The position numbers were made by a program, and so were the translations under genes. The notes below the pieces were generated by a model. That model searched no databases and had not been told where the DNA came from. It saw only the letters and a list, made by a program, of their open reading frames with translations. Shown in pieces: positions 1 through 6,375 of a stretch of 13,403 bases of DNA. This DNA is from Promethearchaeota archaeon (GTDB lineage Archaea > Asgardarchaeota > Thorarchaeia > Thorarchaeales > Thorarchaeaceae), in the NCBI GenBank assembly GCA_027031765.1, contig JALVPN010000106.1, positions 1 to 13,403 of the forward strand, given 5' to 3'. Every line of letters starts with the position of its first letter. Within the stretch, counting starts at the first letter, position 1.

Positions 1-51
1 CTGGAGGACCATCACAGCAGCGGGACTGTCCAGCCGAGATGGCACCTGTCG

Positions 52-90
52 TGTGACTCTAGTCTGTGACGCTGCTCTGTGACTCTGTTG
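52..90. repeat. Degenerate 13-bp tandem repeat, 3 copies (TGTGACTCTAGTC / TGTGACGCTGCTC / TGTGACTCTGTTG)
   Basis: Seen directly: TGTGAC(T/G)CT starts at 52, 65 and 78, an exact 13-nt period. It lies just downstream of the minus-strand gene ending at 114. Confidence 0.55.
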
Positions 91-113
91 GGACCTGACA
101 GGGCGGTCTCTCA

Positions 114-566
114 TCACTCGAGGCCGTGAGTGGCTGCTATTTCGACCCAGAACCGTTTGACAGCCCAAGGTACGGCCATGAACTCGTCCCTGAAGAGGTC
201 GAAGTTGAGGCCCTGGACGAGCATCTCCTGAGAGGTGCCAATCATACCACGTCTTGGGTCATAGTCATAGCACACCTCAGCATACTTCCGGTTGAGTGAC
301 AGCAGGTCAATCAGCACGGCCTCGCGTCTGTCAGCCGGCACCTTCTCGAGCTCGTATACGTCGCAGTAGACCTGGACCCACTTGTCAGTGATCTCGACGT
401 TGACCGTATACCTGAATGTGGCCTCGTCCTCCACAGTGGGGCTCGCTGGCCGTTCGTCCTTCCGCTCGGTGAAGCCAAGCTCGAACCTGTGAGCAACGCT
501 GTTCCACGTATACTTCAGCCCCATCAGCTTGAAGTAGTCCTCAATCTGTTCTCTCACGTCCATCAT
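114..566 (-). CDS. YbjN / type III secretion chaperone-like domain protein (about 150 aa)
   Basis: Clean acidic ORF with tandem TGA TGA stops (116-111). A GGAG sits 7 nt before ATG 566 (GTG 572 is an alternative start). The pattern 'VREQIEDYFKLMGLKY...WVQVYCDV...LLSLNRKYAEVCYDYD..GMI' resembles the YbjN/CesT-like alpha/beta chaperone fold. Family call is by eye only. Confidence 0.6.
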   Translation of the reverse strand: MMDVREQIEDYFKLMGLKYTWNSVAHRFELGFTERKDERPASPTVEDEATFRYTVNVEITDKWVQVYCDVYELEKVPADRREAVLIDLLSLNRKYAEVCYDYDPRRGMIGTSQEMLVQGLNFDLFRDEFMAVPWAVKRFWVEIAATHGLE

Positions 567-600
567 CGTCACACTCCGACGCAGTAGCAGGGCCGCTGCT

Positions 601-608
601 CCTTAAGG
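601..608 (-). promoter_or_regulatory. Candidate TATA-like element (palindromic CCTTAAGG) for the YbjN-like gene
   Basis: The only clear AT patch in a GC-rich spacer, about 35-40 nt upstream of the start codon. Position fits an archaeal TATA box, but the match is weak. Confidence 0.3.
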
Positions 609-953
609 GTGTTCCGAGTGGAGCGGGGCGGGCCGCAGCGTCCAGACAGGCCCTCACACATCCGCTATGATGGACCAGACGTACCAGCAGTCCGGGGCGT
701 CGTGGGACAGCCCGACAGCCATGCGACCAGCGGCGCACAGAATGACAGGCGGCCCCGGACAGGGTACACCAGTCGGACACTGCAACACAGCCATGAAACA
801 GCGGGTGAGTGGGCATGTCCGCCTGCGCGGGGAATACTTTCGGCGACCCCTCCCTCGGGGCCGTGACTGTCCGTCTGGCAGTACGTATGGCATCGGGAAG
901 GGCCAAAGGCCTCCGCGTGGGAATACGTACGGGCCCGCCCTCAGGGAGGTGGT

Positions 954-2072
954 ATGTTGTCAACTGGTCAGGCGGCTGCTGTGCAGGCACAGCTCACAGA
1001 CACATGGGCGGCGACCCAGCACACCGTGTTCACACCGCCGGGCATAGTTGTCGAGAAACAGCGTTCCCACATGCTGCTCGCCGGGGTACTCGCCTCCACC
1101 CGGCCGCTGGCACACCTCTCCCTGCACGACCACCCGGCGTCATGGCGCGGGCTCAGTATCCAGTCTGTGCTGTCCATGCGCCGCTGGCTGTACCGCATCG
1201 TTGCCCCAGTTGACGCAAGACATGCCGAGCCCAGCCATCTCGTCGAGGTACTCCGCACTCTCGCCCTGTCTGTCGCTCCCGTCGCACTCCGCGTGGAGGT
1301 AGAGTCTTTGCCCCCACGCGGCCTCTTCCGTGTCCCTGGCGGTCTGCCCGCGGGACCCGTCGTCCATGCAGCAGACATCGAGGTCCTGTCAGACCCGGAG
1401 GTCAGTAGTGTTGCCGGCAGGGTGACCGCAGAGGACATCCCTGCAACGGAGGGCGTCTGGAAGCTCATAGAGTACGACTACACGCTGGACCAGGTGGCAC
1501 GGTTCATGGCGCTGGGCATGCTCGGGAGGACAGGTAGCAGGAGGCTGATGCACATGCGCGCTGCCTACCGCGCCTCCATCGACTGCTATGTAACCATGGC
1601 ACACAGACACCTCGCACAGGCCCCCCAGACAGACCACTCCACAGTGCACGCAGGGGTGGTCTATGGCGACACGTTCATCGTTGTGACCATGCCGGGCCCC
1701 GTGGCCGTCGACTACTACCGGCTGCACTTGGAGGACGGACGCTGGGTACAGAGCGCCAGTCACGAGTCCACCAGGTCGGGTCCTGCTGACCCCCTCACTG
1801 TTGCCTATGCAGGGCAGGCCAGGTTCGCAGCATACCGCCACCTCGTCCGTGAAGGACTTGCTGGACGCACCGTGGTGCTCCATGTGGACAACGGGCACCA
1901 TGGGGGTGTCCTTGGGCCCTGGCTCGCCCGCGCAGGAGTGATGGAAGCAGCAGGTACGTGCGTCCTCGAAGTGGACGACATCACAGGCGCTACCGACACG
2001 GTCGCAGCTATTGCCGGCATCCCACCCGCACTCATCCGGGGTGTCGTTGCTGCGTCGAGTCCAGTGAGGTAG
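954..2072 (+). CDS. Divergent Nre-family (DUF650/DUF651) archaeal DNA repair protein homologue, lacking the N-terminal Zn finger and C-terminal PIP motif
   Basis: Motifs are collinear with Nre: TPPGIVV (PPSVFVG), DHPASWRGLSIQSVLSMRRWL (D.PE.W.G.SI.EI...R..L), LALSVAPV (LAMS..PVD), PAGP (P.GP), DPEVSSVAGRVTAEDIPATEGVWKL (NP.V...VEKV..DD.KA.EAV..L), MALGMLG (LS.GLLG), RRLMHMRAAYRASID (R.LVPTRWSITAVD), YGDTF (GN.F), GPWLAR (GVW.IR). GGAGGTG at 945-951 precedes ATG 954/TTG 957. Confidence 0.75.
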   Translation: MLSTGQAAAVQAQLTDTWAATQHTVFTPPGIVVEKQRSHMLLAGVLASTRPLAHLSLHDHPASWRGLSIQSVLSMRRWLYRIVAPVDARHAEPSHLVEVLRTLALSVAPVALRVEVESLPPRGLFRVPGGLPAGPVVHAADIEVLSDPEVSSVAGRVTAEDIPATEGVWKLIEYDYTLDQVARFMALGMLGRTGSRRLMHMRAAYRASIDCYVTMAHRHLAQAPQTDHSTVHAGVVYGDTFIVVTMPGPVAVDYYRLHLEDGRWVQSASHESTRSGPADPLTVAYAGQARFAAYRHLVREGLAGRTVVLHVDNGHHGGVLGPWLARAGVMEAAGTCVLEVDDITGATDTVAAIAGIPPALIRGVVAASSPVR

Positions 2073-2447
2073 CCACCGCTCCTCCAGCGGGCCTGATCCG
2101 GGACTGCAACATAGTCGGTCCCACTCGTGAGCCCAGGACTGAAGAGGCCCCGGCCGTGCACTGTCCTGCCGACCGCGTCCGTGGACAGTGAGAACACCAG
2201 CAGTGTCACACCGGGACTTTGGGACTGCAACCGCTATGCACCTTGGGCCATAGGTGACCCCCAGCACTGGTGCGTCAGGAGGACGTACCTTCCATGCCAT
2301 CTGGGAGGCTGGCAGCGACCATGGTGCGCATACTGAGCGGGCCAGTGTGCCTTTGGACGACACAATGTCGTATGTCCGCAGTGTGCCGACCACATCAGCA
2401 GGCCCACCGCTACGCCTGTCCTCCGCGACCACTATGATGTCGGGCAA
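2060..2447 (-). pseudogene. Possible WD40/beta-propeller gene remnant with a net +1 frameshift near 2213-2222
   Basis: Frame from TTG 2447 reads PDIIVVAED...GTLRTYDIVSSK...WSLPASQMAWKVRPPDAPVLGVTYGPRCIAVAVP. The shifted frame continues PGVTLLVFSLSTDAVGRTVHG...GTDYVAVPDQ. WD40-like 'WSL...PV.GV.Y' and 'VFSLST....RTVHG' motifs are about 43 aa apart, and VAVP recurs at about 40 aa. The second frame is visibly GC3-rich. Confidence 0.35.
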
Positions 2448-2532
2448 CGAGTACCGGCCACATCGACAGCCCCACCACTAGCCTTATGTAGGAACCTGTC
2501 CACTGTCGAGCAATTACTAAGGAGTTATTCAT

Positions 2533-5139
2533 ATGCAAAGAACACCAGCGGTACTGCTGGTAGTGTTCCTGACACTTGGGATACTCTCAGTACCAGGCAC
2601 GCCGGCAACAACATGGTCACACGCACCGCAGACGCACGCAGGCGTTGAGGGCGTGGAGACCAGTGCCACGTCAAGTCCGCTGCTCGGGCCCATCCGTGTC
2701 GCGGTCTATGACGAGCCCAATACAACAACACCAGCATACATCTCTGGCTTCAGCGGGAACAGCCGCAACAATGTCAGCGCTGTTGTAGACATCCTGGCCG
2801 GAGATGAGTACAACGTCACATTGCTTGACGTACACGACATCTACAACCGTGCACTCAGTGTCTCAATGTTCGATGTCCTCGTGCTCCCAGACAACCTGCC
2901 CCGGGAGAACATAACTGACCGGGTCATTGACTTCTGGCTCAGCGGGGGCGGTGTACTTGCACTTGACGGTTCCGCCCAGTTCTTCTGCCAGATGGGCGTC
3001 CTGCCACCAGAGAGTGCAGGTGCCAACGGGTACGGGGTGTACTGGAAGTTCATTACGTCGGATCTGGAGATAGGTGCACTGCACCCCATGACACACGGCT
3101 ACAACGTAGGTGACACGTTCGATGTGACGTCGAACATGCTGAAATGGAACTGGACCGCCCTGCAGGAGACCAGCATAGCCGACGACGTTGTCAGGGTCGC
3201 GTGGGATGCGGGCAACCCGAACTGGGTGAGCGCACTTGCATTTGACCCCAGCGACCGTGGTGGCAAGATTGCCACGATTGCACACGACCTCCACAGCGAC
3301 TACCTGCCAGGACTCGACTCCATGATCCGCAACACGGTGGACTGGCTGAGGCCGAGGCCAAAGGCACGGATTGCTTTCGACTACCTACACAACCCGTACT
3401 ACGGGGTCGATGACTTCGACTCAGGGATGGCCCAGATAGCCGGGAGGTACGCAGACTACAGGGACCTGCTCGTGAGCCACAGGTTCACCTTCGACAAGCT
3501 CTACCCGTCACTCTACAGCAACATCACACCGGGGATACTGTCAAGGTATGACATGCTCATCATCCTCCTGCCCCGTGTGAATTTCACAAACGCTGAGGTG
3601 ACAGTACTGCAAGAGTGGGTGGACAGCGGCGGGAGCCTGCTGCTACTTGGCGACTGATCCGCACCATTCTTGAAGGAGGACACCCAGTTGAACCGGGTCC
3701 TCGAGCCATTCGACATAGTCATCAACACCACAGCGACTGCCTCAGGCACTCTGGCGACGTCGAGGGCGGCCGACCACCCAGTACTGGAAGGATGTACCCA
3801 GTTCACCATCATGAGCGCTGCTGTTGTGAATTCAAGCGGCACATCCGTGCCACTATGGGAACACAACGGGCGCACAGTTGCGGCACTGCATGATACAGGT
3901 GCTGGCCGCGTGATGGCGATTGGTGATGTCAACGCCTTTGCTCAGGCGCTCTCCAGCACCGCCAATGAGCGGTTTGCAGTCAACAGTGCGAACTGGCTGA
4001 CAGCAGCCGGCGCACGGATACTCGTGTACGCAGACACGAACGGTGCGGACCCGAACGCGGACCCGTACAGGGGCCCTGTAGCAGAGGCCCTCCAGGACCT
4101 TGGACTCCAGTACTACATGAGTACAACGTACTATGGCCTGAACCTGAGCCTGCACACGGGAAACTGGGACCTCGTGGTCATAGACGACATAATGTACAAG
4201 CTGGAAGACCCTCTTGCAACTGACCTCATCGACCACATGGATAGCGGTGGCAGACTGTTGTTCAGCACATGGACATTCCCCACCGACATGAGACCGCTGT
4301 GGGACTACATAGGCATCAATGCAACCGACTTCGTACATGGTGCGCCACTGACGAACTACATCTGGCAGGAGAACCACACCGCATTCAACGTCCCGAATGA
4401 CTACGGTGCCGACAACATCACTTCAACACTCGACTTTGGCTTCTCGACATATGTCACGCAGCTTGAGGTCTTTGACAACGCAACGGCCCTCGCAGGGATG
4501 GAGGCCACACCGACAACTACCAATGCCACGATTGTCGAGGGAGCAGACGGGCATGCGATACTCAACTCCATGCTCCTGACGATATACGGCAACGACACCG
4601 ACGCATCAGCGTTCAGGGACAGCTTTGAGATCTGGCAGAACGAGATCGTCTACATGCTCCGGCCAACACTGGACTCACCGCCTGATGTCGACTACGTCGA
4701 GGGTACGACAGGCCATCAGATCGTATGGACAGGGTCGAGTATGTACCCAGCATCGCTCCGGGTCACTAGGAACGGGACGACAGTCCTCGACCAAGGCTGG
4801 TCTGGCGGGACAGTAACAGTGGACATCGACGGCCTTGCACCGGGCACCTACGTGTACACTCTCACCCTGTACGATATGATGGGCGTATCGGAGAGCGACA
4901 CGGTGCTCGTGACGGTCTTGCCCTCCACAACGACCACTACCGGCACGACCACCACTACCGGCACGACCACCACTACCGGCACGACCACCACTACCGGCAC
5001 GACCACCACCACCGGCACCAATACGACAGGCACCACGGGTACCGGCTTCTTTGGACTGTCAACGAATACGCTGCTGATAATCATCGCAGCCGCGGCGGTC
5101 CTTGTCGTTATTGTGGTAGTCGTCAAGAAGAGACACTAG
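2533..5139 (+). CDS. Membrane-anchored cell-surface glycoprotein (868 aa if read through) interrupted by one in-frame TGA at 3655-3657. Architecture: signal peptide, three class-I glutamine-amidotransferase-like (ThuA/DUF4350/GldG-like) domains, Ig-like domain, Thr-rich linker, C-terminal TM helix
   Basis: ORFs 2533-3657 and 3670-5139 share a frame and are joined by TGA-TCC-GCA-CCA-TTC (LLLLGD*SAPFLKEDT). N-terminus is hydrophobic (VLLVVFLTLGILSV). Three recurring blocks: RVAVYD/RIAFDY/RILVYAD...FDVLVLPD/YDMLIILL/WDLVVID...SGGGVLAL/SGGSLLLL/SGGRLLF. Ig-like segment PTLDSPPDVDYVEGTTGHQIVW...GTYVYTLTLYD. Ends LLIIIAAAAVLVVIVVVV-KKRH. About 18 N-x-S/T sequons by hand count. GGAG lies upstream of ATG 2533. 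Confidence 0.8.
4927..5016 (+). repeat. Coding 18-bp tandem repeat, 5 units, encoding (TTTTTG)x5
   Basis: ACGACCACCACTACCGGC is perfectly repeated at 4945, 4963 and 4981, with near-perfect flanking units at 4927 and 4999. Confidence 0.95.
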
Positions 5140-5147
5140 ACGAGAAC

Positions 5148-5179
5148 GGGGGCGGTTGCCCCCTCCCACTCTTTTTTTT
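5148..5179 (+). terminator. Hairpin plus U-tract terminator of the surface glycoprotein gene
   Basis: Stem GGGGGC (5148-5153), loop GGTT, stem GCCCCC (5158-5163), then T8 at 5172-5179. Starts 9 nt after the TAG stop. Confidence 0.8.
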
Positions 5180-5505
5180 GCCACAGCCCTTCAGCATGCA
5201 CCTGGTCAGTGCCCACCCACCACCGTCACGCCGGCAGTGAGGACGCAACCACATGACGTGACAGTCGCACCTAGGTGGGAGAGGCCTCAATAGGACTAGC
5301 GACAGGCCCGGGGACTGTGTGATACTCCACAGTGCAGTCCAGTCCTGCTCGCCCCACTGCTACACGCACATAGTGGTCGTACGACGGAGTGCCTCGAGGG
5401 TCACAGGGGGGCCTGCCAAAGACAGGGACACACAGGGAGCTGACCGGCCAGAGGACGCAGACACCCGACGTGAGGGGGCAGTGAGGGCGGTCTCCGGTCG
5501 GCAGG

Positions 5506-6375
5506 TCACTCCAGTTGCATGTCCCGGAGCACCTGTTGGAGCAGGCCCAAGTCATTCACGTGGTCAGCGAGGGCACCACTCTCTGGGAGTGAGAGGCCAT
5601 CGGCCAGGGTGGGTGCGTCCGAACGGTAGAAGAGGCCCACAGGGATCCTGTCACCGCCCGCAGTGGCCAGACGGAGTGCGGCGGAGTGGTCGGATGGGTC
5701 GTGCCCGTCCTCTCCTATGTCGAAGATGTGTCCGTTGTAGAAGCTCCATGTCAGGACGCGGTTCCACGTGACGCACGGTTGCAGGATGTCGACCACGGCG
5801 AAGCCCCTGTGCGTGATAGCGTCCTGCATGAGCCGGACGAGGGAAGCCTGGTGACCCGCAAACCCACGGGCAACATAGGTGGCACCGGATATCAGGGCGA
5901 GGGCCACCGGGTTGACGGGTTCCATGGGTGCGCCAGGTGGCGGGGGTGACGTACCGGAGACGTAACCACGTGGAGCAGTGGGCGAGAACTGGCCCTTTGT
6001 GAGGCCGTTCACCCCATTGTTGTGGATGAAGACCGCAATGTCGACGTTCCTGCGCGCAGCATGGACGAAGTGTCCGAGGCCCTCACCAAGACAGTCACCG
6101 TCCCCCGTGTGTACGATGACCTTCAGGTCGGGACGGGCCATCTTGATGCCCGTGGCCACAGGTATGGGGCGCCCGTGGAGCGTGTGGAAGGAGTTCAGGT
6201 TGATGTAGTGCGGCACCTTGCCGGAGCAGCCAATCCCTGATACGAGGACATACTTGTGTTGCGGCGTGTCCATGCCCACCAGGGCCTTCCTGAGCGCAGC
6301 AAGGATGCCAAAGTTACCACACCCCTTGCACCATGTGACTGGCTGGGGCGGACTGAGGTCGCTCTGTGTAATCAT
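5506..6375 (-). CDS. korB: 2-oxoacid:ferredoxin oxidoreductase beta subunit (TPP-binding)
   Basis: Motifs WCKGCGNFGIL, SGIGCSG, HTLHGRPIPVATGIK, TPP motif GDGD...HNN, GLTKGQFSPT, DILQPCVTWN. True start is ATG 6375, overlapping the alpha-subunit stop (ATGA). Substrate specificity (kor vs por) cannot be determined from sequence. Confidence 0.95.
   Translation of the reverse strand: MITQSDLSPPQPVTWCKGCGNFGILAALRKALVGMDTPQHKYVLVSGIGCSGKVPHYINLNSFHTLHGRPIPVATGIKMARPDLKVIVHTGDGDCLGEGLGHFVHAARRNVDIAVFIHNNGVNGLTKGQFSPTAPRGYVSGTSPPPPGAPMEPVNPVALALISGATYVARGFAGHQASLVRLMQDAITHRGFAVVDILQPCVTWNRVLTWSFYNGHIFDIGEDGHDPSDHSAALRLATAGGDRIPVGLFYRSDAPTLADGLSLPESGALADHVNDLGLLQQVLRDMQLE

Noticed and set aside
951-990. 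VCCQLVRRLLC in the 667-1047 frame as a frameshifted Nre Zn finger
   Set aside because: Cys spacing does not match CxxC-x6-C, the fourth Cys (CP) is absent, and the distance to the PP motif is too short.
2076-2090. CCGCT-CCTCC-AGCGG hairpin after the Nre stop as a terminator
   Set aside because: Only a 5-bp stem with no U-tract, which is common by chance in GC-rich DNA.
2100-2231. 11-bp direct repeat as a target-site duplication of a 110-bp MITE
   Set aside because: There are no convincing terminal inverted repeats (ATAGTC vs AAAGTC only). One such repeat per 13 kb is roughly expected by chance, and it is better explained as a coding repeat.
2075-2300. YqgF/RuvC-like motif VLGVTYGPRCIAVAV in the long minus ORF 1389-2447
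   Set aside because: The catalytic Asp position is Thr. GC3 bias moves to another frame after 2215, and a full protein would overlap Nre by about 190 bp. The propeller interpretation fits better.
5140-5330. SECIS element for the UGA at 3655
   Set aside because: The GAGAAC-hairpin at 5142-5171 reads as an ordinary terminator. The ATGA at 5253-5256 cannot be paired by eye with a downstream GA to form a kink-turn core with a continuous helix.
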